Positions 27,324-36,016 of a DNA stretch of 64,000 nucleotides are shown here, piece by piece. The position numbers were made by a program, and so were the translations under genes. The notes beneath the pieces were generated by a model. The model made no database searches. It was not told the DNA's origin and saw only the letters and a list, made by a program, of their open reading frames with translations. Origin of the DNA: Candidatus Omnitrophota bacterium (GTDB taxonomy: Bacteria > Omnitrophota > Gorgyraeia > Zapsychrales > JANLHA01); NCBI GenBank assembly GCA_040753435.1, contig JBFMEN010000062.1, positions 6,726 through 70,725 on the forward strand, in the 5' to 3' direction. Position 1 is the first letter of the stretch; every line of letters begins with the position of its first letter.

Positions 27324-29849
27324 TCAATCCAACCGCGCCGCCAGATCCTGTTCCTTTGTTTCAATCGCCTTTTGATCAAATCCTAAAAGGGGAAGGATAT
27401 TCTGGACAGGAGTTACATTGATGATAACCGGCGCCAAACCGTCGATATCCATGTCCGCCAGACCGTCCATCGCCCGGGGATTGAACCGGATACCGGTCTT
27501 TTCGCCATGCATGGTGAAATTGATTTCATTCATATCGATACCGCCGTTGATTTTAGTATCTTCATTTTTGACTAACATGGCTGAATCAATCCCCGCTTTT
27601 TCAGCCAGGGCTAGCATAGTGTTTCTGAGCACTTCGCGCGATTGCGCTTCATCATCGCTCACTCCCCTGACAGGATAGACATTCCCTGCGGTATCGTAGA
27701 GGGTCATTCCAAGGTCCCGGTAAACTTTTGCGGTTGCTTCTCCCCAGTTCTTTTTAAATAATTGCTCTATTCTGTTAATAGCAGCGTGAACTAAAATGAG
27801 ATTTTTTTTGCCAAAATCAGGATTAGGAGAACCGGCCCGGAAATTTTCAGTTAGAATTTTTAATTCATGCATCGCGTCCGCAACCTCTTTAAAAGGAGGA
27901 AAGAAGGAAGGGTTCATGGTATTGGGGTCGATTCGGACCATAAAATCGCCGTAATCTTTAATTAAATTTTCCATTATCCGTTTATGCCGGGGAGTATTGA
28001 CTATTTTTCTCAGAAGTGCTTCAGGATGATCGAAAACTTTTTTTGCGATTTCTTCCCTGACCCTGCGGACTGGTAAATTTTCACGGATGTTGATGGTGTT
28101 GCCGGCGACATCAATTTTTGATATGGACAATACGTTTTTGTCGAGAACGATTTTCTTAATCTTGTCCATAAATTTTTGCATTTTTTCATTATCTTTCCAG
28201 GCTTCTTCAAACTCATATCCGTAAACTTCTCCGATTACGGCGTCATTCAGTTTAATGAATATGGGCCTGCGGGCTTGGTATAAGTGTCTTGCTTTGATTT
28301 GATCAAGAGCCAATCGTAATATTCTTGGGAAATACAGACCTTCGACAAGATAGTCCAGCGTCAGCATTGCCTCGTCGGTTGCAGCCGGCATTCTTCGGGA
28401 AGCCGACACCTTGATACGGTTTTCGGCAACTGTAAAGTTATTGATGCTGTCGACATCAGCGAGAGCGCCTGTTACCGATTCCTTGAGCTTTTTCATATCG
28501 GATTCGAAGTATAACGCGGCATGGTAATTCCAGGGACGTATTGCCATGATTGGTAAACCATTGAGATTCAGGATAACATTCTGGTATTTTGCCAAAGACA
28601 CCTGCGTAAGGAGTACAGGAAGTTTTTCTTGGATAAATTTGCTTAATGTCAGCATCTCTTCGCCGATAGGCGCAACCGGAATTCCGTTTTTTTCAGGAAC
28701 GGTGCGCATTTCGACCTCGAAGGCTGAGCCCTGAATCAATCCCAGGCTGCCGGGATTGCTGACATTCCTGGTGATCATGGCTTCATCCCTGAACCCGCCG
28801 GAAAAATATTGTTTTGGGATGACGGCTTGGGAAAGCGCATCGTAGTCTTCTTTAATGAAATTGAAAACTCCTTTTTCATAGGCCTTTATGTATTGATCGT
28901 AAATTTCATTAATAACATTCACCGGCCGGTCATTCGCCAGTTCAATGCCGCCTGTCTTTTTTTGATCCACATAAATTTTTGAAAGCACGGAATCTTTCAC
29001 GGCTTGCTTGTACCATTTGGCCAGGATCAGGGAATAGTAGATCTGGCGCAGGGGCGCGAAGGTTTCACCGTTATTGATTTCTTTTTCGATCTCGGGCAGG
29101 ATGAGTTCTTTGATGACGTCCTGGGCAAGGTCTTCAACGCTTTCGGGATTATTCAGTGGAGAATCCCGGCCGCCTTGTGTCTTTTGATAGTCCCTGTCCG
29201 TCATGACTTTAAGATGCGCGTCCACAATGAAGACCGTTTGATCATGCTCGTAGAGGGTGGCGCTTTCCGGCAAAATCCATACCTTGTTGAATAAATCGGT
29301 CCTGACATCTGTCGTTCCAAACTTTTCGTACGCCTGTTGATGAATGCGGTTCCAGAATTTCGCCCCCAGTTCACTGTCGGGATTGGTCAGCGTGGCTGAT
29401 AATTGTTTCAGAATATAGTCCTGGGCAAGCAAGTCCCGTCCGAGTTCAGTTCTGCCAAGTTCCTCAGGAATAATACGGTCGGCTTCATAAGGAGAAAGGT
29501 TGACCCAAAGGTCATTCTGGGGGATCGTCATTGAAGCCAGAAAGTATCTGACCAGCCGCTCACTTTCCTGTCTAACTTCGTCGGCGTTAAACCCGCTGTT
29601 ACCGCTGTCGACGATGAAATTAAAATCCAGGAGATCTTCGGAATTGACGGTTAGACCTTTAAGCAAAACCGGAATAAATGCAGGGCTGACATTTACCATG
29701 GTCCCTGGAACAGGCAGGTTGAGCGCTCCAACCGATTGGGCCAGCGCCAGTGAAGGGTTAAGAGCGGTCCAGAAAAACAGGACGTTCATGATTAAAGACA
29801 ATGATTTGCAAAACGAACGCTTGTGTTGCTTTCGAAATGGCCGGAACAT
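27324..29849 (-). CDS. Modular exported protein (paralog 2): signal peptide, conserved N-domain, variable modules separated by DxAM motifs, conserved GGIDMN C-terminal motif
   Basis: AGGAGA SD before MFRPF; ALA|QS signal; N-domain strongly similar to paralog 1 (LWVNLSP, GRDLLAQDYILKQL, FNKVWI.PESA, YFSGG). Confidence 0.85.
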   Translation of the reverse strand: MFRPFRKQHKRSFCKSLSLIMNVLFFWTALNPSLALAQSVGALNLPVPGTMVNVSPAFIPVLLKGLTVNSEDLLDFNFIVDSGNSGFNADEVRQESERLVRYFLASMTIPQNDLWVNLSPYEADRIIPEELGRTELGRDLLAQDYILKQLSATLTNPDSELGAKFWNRIHQQAYEKFGTTDVRTDLFNKVWILPESATLYEHDQTVFIVDAHLKVMTDRDYQKTQGGRDSPLNNPESVEDLAQDVIKELILPEIEKEINNGETFAPLRQIYYSLILAKWYKQAVKDSVLSKIYVDQKKTGGIELANDRPVNVINEIYDQYIKAYEKGVFNFIKEDYDALSQAVIPKQYFSGGFRDEAMITRNVSNPGSLGLIQGSAFEVEMRTVPEKNGIPVAPIGEEMLTLSKFIQEKLPVLLTQVSLAKYQNVILNLNGLPIMAIRPWNYHAALYFESDMKKLKESVTGALADVDSINNFTVAENRIKVSASRRMPAATDEAMLTLDYLVEGLYFPRILRLALDQIKARHLYQARRPIFIKLNDAVIGEVYGYEFEEAWKDNEKMQKFMDKIKKIVLDKNVLSISKIDVAGNTINIRENLPVRRVREEIAKKVFDHPEALLRKIVNTPRHKRIMENLIKDYGDFMVRIDPNTMNPSFFPPFKEVADAMHELKILTENFRAGSPNPDFGKKNLILVHAAINRIEQLFKKNWGEATAKVYRDLGMTLYDTAGNVYPVRGVSDDEAQSREVLRNTMLALAEKAGIDSAMLVKNEDTKINGGIDMNEINFTMHGEKTGIRFNPRAMDGLADMDIDGLAPVIINVTPVQNILPLLGFDQKAIETKEQDLAARLD

Positions 29850-30181
29850 TTTGTCTCCTGGTTGATAAAACTGCTTCCTTTGAATGACGGATTCTCTGAA
29901 TCTGAAGTTTCCAAAAACTGGAGCGATTAATTTAAGAATTAGAGAAAAGTGGATTAACTTTATCATATAAAATTATACAAAACAATGGGACAAGCCTGGA
30001 TAAACCAGGACACGAAAGCAGAAACCACCACTATTTTAAAAAAATTTTTAAAAAAGGAGAAAAATGTCAGTAAATATTCCCTCCGCCTATGGTTTTTAAT
30101 AGTAATTTGTAGTTCAATATAGATAATTCACATAAATCAACAATTGCAACCGGTTAAGGCCGGAACAGAGGGGATAGTTCA

Positions 30182-31363
30182 ATGATCGACACCAGGAAAA
30201 AAAATATTTTGTTAGTAGAAGATGAAGATGATTCCCGCCAGCTTATGGCCAAAAAACTGGAGTCCCGGGGATATCATGTTTTGCAGGCTGCCGATGGAAA
30301 CGATGCGCTGGAAATCGCTAAAAATAACCCGCTGGACTTGATTATCACGGATATTATTATGCCTCACATGGACGGGAACCAGTTGATAAAGGAATTGTCA
30401 AATCTGCATTCCTGTAAAAATATCCCGATTATTGTCATAACCGTGCGGAAAAACATGAAGGATTATTTTGAAACGCTGGGCGCTGTCGGATTTATCGCCA
30501 AACCGTTTTCGCCCGAAACCCTGATTATGCAGGTGCGCGGTGTTCTTGAGCAGCCCGAAAAGAAAAAAGAGGCGATTGACATGCAGAAACGCATTCTGGT
30601 TTCAGGCGCTCATATCGGCTGCGTCGAAGATATCTGCGAGACGCTCAGAGAGGCGGGTTATCACGTCGATTTTGTGCCGTCATCGGAACAGATCATTTCA
30701 AAAGCCGTGTTATTTCTTCCGGATCTTTTGATTTTTGAAACACAGATGGTGGGAGTTCCATTGCCGCACGAAGTTATAAAGATAGTCCGGCAAATGCCGC
30801 AGTTTAAGCGCACGCCCATTTTGATTTATAGCAAATGTGACTCAGAGGGACAAAAGAAACTACACGACGCGTTTTATCAGGAAAAGCTCAATGCCATAGC
30901 TTGCGCCAACCGTTGTCTTGATGAAGGGGCGACTGAGAATATGGGCATGCTGGATAAAGGCATACTTTTGGGATACGTTGCGAAATACTTGAGAAAAGGG
31001 ACCGTTATTGTAATCGACGATGATAAGGGGATGCTTTTGTTGCTGAAAAATAAACTGGAGGCGCAGGGCTGCCATGTGCTGACAGCGGTTGACGGAGAAA
31101 AAGGAATAGAATTGATCAGGAGGATCAAACCCGATTTGATTCTGCTCGATATTTTGATGCCGAAGATCGGCGGATATGAGGTGCTGGGAGTTTTGGAACA
31201 GGACCCGATAATGCGGGAGATCCCTGTTATTATGCTGACGGTTAAAAGCGAAGAGAGCGATATTCAGAAGGCTCTGGATCTGGGCGCGAGGGATTATATT
31301 ATCAAACCTTTTCACGCGGAATTGTTGTTGAAAAGGATCGAAAATTATTTGCAGCAGCCGTGA
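30182..31363 (+). CDS. Response regulator with three receiver domains (middle one degenerate), no output domain
   Basis: REC1 VEDE/TDIIMP/KPF; REC2 lacks acidic pocket and has E at the phospho-Asp site; REC3 IDDD/LDILMP/KPF. Confidence 0.88.
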   Translation: MIDTRKKNILLVEDEDDSRQLMAKKLESRGYHVLQAADGNDALEIAKNNPLDLIITDIIMPHMDGNQLIKELSNLHSCKNIPIIVITVRKNMKDYFETLGAVGFIAKPFSPETLIMQVRGVLEQPEKKKEAIDMQKRILVSGAHIGCVEDICETLREAGYHVDFVPSSEQIISKAVLFLPDLLIFETQMVGVPLPHEVIKIVRQMPQFKRTPILIYSKCDSEGQKKLHDAFYQEKLNAIACANRCLDEGATENMGMLDKGILLGYVAKYLRKGTVIVIDDDKGMLLLLKNKLEAQGCHVLTAVDGEKGIELIRRIKPDLILLDILMPKIGGYEVLGVLEQDPIMREIPVIMLTVKSEESDIQKALDLGARDYIIKPFHAELLLKRIENYLQQP

Positions 31364-31407
31364 AGGCAAATTAGAGTGAAGAGCGAAAAATGACGAGCGA
31401 ATGTTTA

Positions 31408-31436
31408 TTGACAGGCTTGCCGGTGATGGCTATACT
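31408..31436 (+). promoter_or_regulatory. Sigma70 promoter
   Basis: TTGACA-17 nt-TATACT. Confidence 0.75.
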
Positions 31437-31489
31437 TTTGACGTTCTGCAAATAATAAAACTTAAGTATGTCCTGAAGGTTAAAATTTT

Positions 31490-31876
31490 ATGGGTTTTAT
31501 TTTCTTGATAAGTTTGTTCGTCGTCATCATTCTCTGTTTGGCTCTGGTCGTCTCAGTTCTGCTGGTTAATCCGTATTATGGATTTCAAATGCACAAAGGA
31601 AAAAGGCAGGGGCAAAGGCTGATTTCTTCGGGACCGTATCGGTTTGTCAGGCATCCGGGATATTTATCTGGCGTTGTGTTGTGCCTTGGTCTCATCATGC
31701 TGTCCTTATTTTTATCGATAGTTGTACGTGCCATCATTTTTATTTACATATTTATTACGCTGATTGAAGTTTTTAAGATGACCGCCAAAGAGGATGAACT
31801 GCTTCACAAAGACCTCGAAGGTTACTCTCAGTATGCTCAGAGAGTTCGATACAGGTTGTTTCCCTGGATTTGGTGA
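31490..31876 (+). CDS. Isoprenylcysteine carboxyl methyltransferase / PEMT family membrane protein (short)
   Basis: LISSGPYRFVRHPGY, KEDELL...L.GY..Y...VRYRL.P.IW. Confidence 0.85.
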   Translation: MGFIFLISLFVVIILCLALVVSVLLVNPYYGFQMHKGKRQGQRLISSGPYRFVRHPGYLSGVVLCLGLIMLSLFLSIVVRAIIFIYIFITLIEVFKMTAKEDELLHKDLEGYSQYAQRVRYRLFPWIW

Positions 31877-31887
31877 ATTTGGATGTA

Positions 31888-31915
31888 TTGACAACGTTTG
31901 TTTTCATGTTATACT
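31888..31915 (+). promoter_or_regulatory. Sigma70 promoter driving the attenuated leader
   Basis: TTGACA-16 nt-TATACT with TGn extended -10. Confidence 0.8.
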
Positions 31916-31946
31916 TTTGTCACATCTTAACGATGAAGGTGAAGAA

Positions 31947-32024
31947 ATGACAAACGCATTTAACAAAAAACTTTCCGCTTTAATCATTACGGTCCTTGCC
32001 GTCGGAAAGGAGTGCGCCGTCTAG
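31947..32024 (+). CDS. Leader peptide 1 (Ile/Leu/Val-rich), MTNAFNKKLSALIITVLAVGKECAV
   Basis: GAAGGTGA SD; LIITVL.V control codons; terminator and antiterminator immediately downstream. Confidence 0.75.
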   Translation: MTNAFNKKLSALIITVLAVGKECAV

Positions 32025-32049
32025 TCTTCACCCAACATGCGATTTTTTC

Positions 32050-32088
32050 AATGCCCTGCGGTGGAGACGCCAGCAGGGCATTTTTTTT
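32050..32088 (+). terminator. Attenuator terminator 1
   Basis: ATGCCCTGC...GCAGGGCAT stem plus T8 tract; GTCTTCACC (32024-32032) can pair with GGTGGAGAC (32060-32068) as antiterminator. Confidence 0.85.
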
Positions 32089-32144
32089 GAATTGCCCCCA
32101 GTTTGCAGTTAGCTGCCAGCCGGGCATGATGTGAGTAGCGTTTT

Positions 32145-32234
32145 ATGAAAAATATTACCAGGAAAATTCTATCCCTTAAGGCCGTCGCGGCTGTATCAGC
32201 CGTTGTCCCGGTCATCGTGCGTCCGCCGCCCTGA
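32145..32234 (+). CDS. Leader peptide 2 (Val/Ala/Ile-rich), MKNITRKILSLKAVAAVSAVVPVIVRPPP
   Basis: 29-codon ORF read from sequence (below ORF-track cutoff): 6 Val, 3 Ile, 2 Leu; followed by terminator 2. Confidence 0.7.
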   Translation: MKNITRKILSLKAVAAVSAVVPVIVRPPP

Positions 32235-32262
32235 GGGTATTTTCTATAGATAGTGTTTTACA

Positions 32263-32295
32263 GCCCTCTGGACGGAAAGACCAGAGGGTTTTTTT
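32263..32295 (+). terminator. Attenuator terminator 2
   Basis: CCCTCTGG...CCAGAGGG stem plus T7 tract; CGTCC/GAGGG around the leader stop can pair with CCCTC.GGACG. Confidence 0.85.
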
Positions 32296-32390
32296 ATGGC
32301 ATCAAGAACACTTGAGATCGATGACAATGAAGAAAATAAGATTTTTAGTGCTCTTGGGGTCACAGGGTCTTTTAAAAGAAAGGAAAAAAG

Positions 32391-32738
32391 ATGGACATCA
32401 TGATTGAATTAATGACGCGTGATACTGCACGCACATTTCCGCGCTTCCTTGAGGGTTTCCTTAAGGAAGAACGTTTGAAGGGACTGTTTTACGGGCCGGA
32501 CAATCGCGGAAGACGGCAGATTTTTATTCTGCTGGATGAAGGGCTGATGGATCACGCCCTAACGATGTTGGGCAATGACCAGGATATCCTGTGGTTCAGA
32601 GAGTTTGAGCGGATTGAACCGAATTTTCTAAAGGGGGTTAACCATTTGTTAAATCAGCCCGGAATGGCTGAAGAGGAGAAGCATTGGAGAGAAGATTATG
32701 AGTATCGTGAAACATTTTTACCGCGGAACTGGTGGTGA
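32391..32738 (+). CDS. Hypothetical protein, possibly divergent ACT-domain (IlvN/IlvM-like)
   Basis: AAGGA SD; N-terminal ~70 aa resemble the ACT pattern (L.YGP, I.ILLDE..M...L.ML....DI). Confidence 0.6.
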   Translation: MDIMIELMTRDTARTFPRFLEGFLKEERLKGLFYGPDNRGRRQIFILLDEGLMDHALTMLGNDQDILWFREFERIEPNFLKGVNHLLNQPGMAEEEKHWREDYEYRETFLPRNWW

Positions 32739-32952
32739 GATGAGCGTTTTTTGTTCTCAAATGACCGCTAAAAATATGGAAAAATTTAAAAAATGACCAA
32801 TGATTTTGAAAGTACTTGATGTTTTTGAGTATTTTAGGCTTAAATTTTTTAATTTACTTCTATTTTTTATATGCTAGAATAAAAAACAATTTTCGTGGTA
32901 AAAGGCTAAAAAAAATATTTAAATTCAACGTTTTTTAAAGGAAGGATTGGAC

Positions 32953-33945
32953 ATGGCTAAGATTTATTATGACTCGGATGCGGATTTGAACGCAATCAAA
33001 AACAAGGTGATCGGCGTTATCGGTTATGGAATTCAAGGCCGTGCTCAAGCCCTTAATCTGAGGGATTCCGGACTCAAGGTGATGGTCAGTGAAGTGAAGG
33101 GTACCCAAAATTATCAGCAGGCCATTGATGACGGTTTCAAGCCGGTTGAAGCCAAGGCCATTGCCAAAAAAGCCGATATCATTCAGATTTTGACCCAGGA
33201 TCATGTACAGTCTTCTCTTTACCGTAAATCCATCCGCCGTTATTTGCAGGAAGGAAAATCCCTGGTTTTTTCACATGGGTTTAACATTCATTTTAAACAG
33301 ATTGTTCCTCCTGAAAATGTCGATGTCTGGATGATTGCTCCGAAAAGCCCGGGCGCGCTTGTACGTCGTCAATTTGAAGAAGGCCGCGGCGTTCCGTGTT
33401 TGGTCGCCGTTTATCAGGATGCTTCGGGAAAAGCGTTTGCCGACGCTTTGGCTTATGCCAAGGGCATTGGAGGAACGCGCGCCGGAGTCATTGAAACGAC
33501 ATTTAAAGAAGAAACCGAAACAGATTTGTTCGGCGAGCAGGCTGTTCTTTGCGGAGGAGCCAGCGAACTTGTCAAAGCCGGTTTTGAAACCCTTGTCAAC
33601 GCTGGTTATCAGCCTGAAATCGCTTATTTTGAATGTCTGCATGAGCTAAAACTTATTGTGGACCTATTCTATGAGGATGGCATCCAGGGCATGAGAAAAC
33701 GGGTTTCCGACACGGCGGAGTATGGAGATTATTCGAGAGGAAGCAGGATTATTACCAAAAAAACCCGTAAGGAAATGCAGAAAATTTTAAAAGAAATTCA
33801 AAACGGCAAATTCGCAAGGGAATGGATTCGTGAAAATCGCAGAGGTCGCCCCAACTTTAACCAGATGCGCGCCGAAGGCGAGAAGCATCCGATTGAAAAA
33901 GTCGGTAAAGAACTGCGTGCGATGATGTCGTGGATGAAAAAATAA
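32953..33945 (+). CDS. ilvC: Ketol-acid reductoisomerase
   Basis: [49 protein letters not shown]. Confidence 0.98.
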   Translation: MAKIYYDSDADLNAIKNKVIGVIGYGIQGRAQALNLRDSGLKVMVSEVKGTQNYQQAIDDGFKPVEAKAIAKKADIIQILTQDHVQSSLYRKSIRRYLQEGKSLVFSHGFNIHFKQIVPPENVDVWMIAPKSPGALVRRQFEEGRGVPCLVAVYQDASGKAFADALAYAKGIGGTRAGVIETTFKEETETDLFGEQAVLCGGASELVKAGFETLVNAGYQPEIAYFECLHELKLIVDLFYEDGIQGMRKRVSDTAEYGDYSRGSRIITKKTRKEMQKILKEIQNGKFAREWIRENRRGRPNFNQMRAEGEKHPIEKVGKELRAMMSWMKK

Positions 33946-33947
33946 CT

Positions 33948-34030
33948 AGGGCCCCAGTGCCCAGGTGCCCAGCACCCCCAGGAATTGATTTTACGGGGGA
34001 CCGGGGAACCCGGGGATCAGGGGAACTGAG
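33948..34030. repeat. Inverted array of ~8-nt repeats between ilvC and leuA
   Basis: CCCCAGTG/CCCAGGTG/CCCAGCAC left arm; GGGGACC/GGGGAACC/GGGGATC/GGGGAACT right arm. Confidence 0.7.
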
Positions 34031-34038
34031 GAATAAAA

Positions 34039-35541
34039 ATGGACAAAGTCTTAATTTTCGATACGACCCTGCGTGACGGGGAGCAGGCCCCCGGCGCCAG
34101 TATGAATCAAGCAGAAAAGATGGAAGTCGCCCATGTCCTGGAACGGCTGGGCGTTGATATCATCGAAGCGGGATTTCCTGTCAGTTCTCCCGGAGATTTT
34201 GCTTCTGTTAAAATGATCGCCAAAGAGATCAAGAATGCGACTATCTGCGGGCTTGCCCGTTCGATGAAAAAAGATATCGATGCCGCCTACGATGCGGTCC
34301 GGGAAGCCAATAGCGGACGCATTCACGTGTTCATCGCCACTTCGCCTATCCACATGCAGCATAAGTTAAAGAAGAATCCTGAAGAGGTCTTGCAGATGGC
34401 GATTGAAGCTGTCAAATATGCGAAGTCCAAAATCGCCGACGTGGAATTTTCAGCTGAAGATGCGACTCGCAGCAATCCGGAGTTTTTATACCGGATTGTT
34501 GAGCAGGTGATCGAGGCCGGCGCTGTAACGGTCAATATCCCTGATACCGTCGGGTATACCAATCCCCAGGAATTCGCCGCCTTGATTTCCGGAATCATGA
34601 ACAATGTTCCCAATATCGGCCGGGCTATTATATCCGTTCATTGTCACGATGACCTGGGATTGTCGGTAGCCAATTCCCTGGCCGCTGTTAAAAACGGCGC
34701 CCGTCAAGTGGAGTGTACGATCAACGGGATCGGAGAGCGGGCTGGAAATGCGGCGATGGAAGAAATCGTCATGGCGTTAAAAACACGCAGAGATTATTTC
34801 GGGGTTGATTCAGGGATCAATACCAAAGAAATAACCAAGGCTTCACGTTTGGTGTCCAAGTTAACCGGATTTCCTGTCCCTCCGAACAAGGCTATTGTCG
34901 GAGCCAATGCTTTTGCACATGAATCCGGTATTCATCAGCACGGAATTTTGAATGAGCGGTTGACGTATGAGATCATGAAAGCCGAGGATGTAGGCGTGGT
35001 CGGCTGCGGCCTCGTTTTGGGAAAGCATTCCGGGCGACACGCCTTTAAGGCGAGACTGATTCAGTTGGGTCTGGAGCTCACTGAAGACCAGATTGACCAG
35101 GCCTTCGAGCGCTTTAAAGACTTGGCCGATAAAAAAAAGGAAGTCTTTGATAAAGATATTTTGGCTATTGTTGAGGATGAATTTGAAACGAATGCCGAAC
35201 CTGTTTGGGTTCTTGAGGATTTAAAGACTACCAGCGGCCTGAATATGAAACCGCTGGTCACTGTGGTTTTAAAATCAAAAGACAAAATTTTTGCGAAAGA
35301 ATCTTCAGGGGACGGTCCGGTCGACGCTTGTTATAAGGCGATTGATGCAGTGACAAACGTTTCCGGAACATTACTTGATTATTCCATTCAATCAGTAACA
35401 AAAGGCAAGGACGCGATGGGTGAGGTGACGGTACGCGTTAATTTTAACGATAAAACCGTTATTGCCCATGGAGCCAGTACCGATATTATCGCGGCTTCGG
35501 CCAAGGCGTATATTAACGCGTTGAATAAAGTGGTAGCATAG
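34039..35541 (+). CDS. leuA: 2-isopropylmalate synthase
   Basis: IFDTTLRDGEQ, HCHDDLG, GIGERAGNA, HESGIHQ, LGKHSGR, C-terminal regulatory domain GDGPVDA. Confidence 0.97.
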   Translation: MDKVLIFDTTLRDGEQAPGASMNQAEKMEVAHVLERLGVDIIEAGFPVSSPGDFASVKMIAKEIKNATICGLARSMKKDIDAAYDAVREANSGRIHVFIATSPIHMQHKLKKNPEEVLQMAIEAVKYAKSKIADVEFSAEDATRSNPEFLYRIVEQVIEAGAVTVNIPDTVGYTNPQEFAALISGIMNNVPNIGRAIISVHCHDDLGLSVANSLAAVKNGARQVECTINGIGERAGNAAMEEIVMALKTRRDYFGVDSGINTKEITKASRLVSKLTGFPVPPNKAIVGANAFAHESGIHQHGILNERLTYEIMKAEDVGVVGCGLVLGKHSGRHAFKARLIQLGLELTEDQIDQAFERFKDLADKKKEVFDKDILAIVEDEFETNAEPVWVLEDLKTTSGLNMKPLVTVVLKSKDKIFAKESSGDGPVDACYKAIDAVTNVSGTLLDYSIQSVTKGKDAMGEVTVRVNFNDKTVIAHGASTDIIAASAKAYINALNKVVA

Positions 35542-35544
35542 CTA

Positions 35545-36002
35545 AAGATACAAGATACAAGTTACAAGAAAAACCCAGAGTACCCCGAATAGAAAAATTA
35601 ATAAGAAGGGTGAAATGGGAGAGAATCAAGGGTATAGAAAATTAATTGTCTGGCAAAAATCAAATTCGCTGGCACTAAAAATTTATAAAATTACACGTAA
35701 GTTTCCGAAATAAGAAGTTTGCGGTATTATATCTCAATTAAGAAGGGCCGCTTTATCTGTACCAACTAACCTGGTCGAAGGACATGGAAGGCATAACCCA
35801 AAAGAGATGAAGAGATTTGTAACGATTGCCTTGGGCTCGTTAGTTGAAACGGAATATTTACTTAATTTTTCTCAAGATTTAGAATTTTTATCAGAAACAG
35901 AATATGATCAGATTGAACATGATCGTTGTGAAGTTGGAAAGCTTTTGTTTGGTTTGTTTCAGAAATTATAATTCTTTTATTTTTTTCTTGTAACTTGTAA
36001 CT
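35545..36002. mobile_element. Heptad inverted-repeat-bounded cassette carrying a four-helix-bundle gene
   Basis: AGATACAAGTTACAAGAAAAA (35553-35573) and TTTTTCTTGTAACTTGTAACT (35982-36002), 20/21 complementary; AT-rich interior; mobility inferred. Confidence 0.55.
35615..35971 (+). pseudogene. Four-helix-bundle protein (23S rRNA IVP/bAvd-like family) with premature stop
   Basis: MGENQGYRKLIVWQKS...FPK*EVCGIISQLRRAALSVPTNLVEGHGR...IALGSLVETEY; in-frame TAA at 35711-35713. Confidence 0.88.
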
Positions 36003-36016
36003 ATTCATAAAAAATA

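Noticed and set aside
20061-29849. Classical polymorphic toxin-immunity, RHS, RTX or autotransporter interpretation
   Set aside because: No YD or RTX repeats, no beta-barrel C-terminus, the variable part is internal, and no small downstream immunity ORF
31916-32390. T-box riboswitch for ilv-leu
   Set aside because: No AAGGTGGTACC/GGTGGNACCGCG T-box sequence or specifier stem; leader peptides explain the terminators better
35615-35971. Avd gene of a diversity-generating retroelement
   Set aside because: No reverse transcriptase or TR/VR repeat pair in the window; motifs fit the generic four-helix-bundle family
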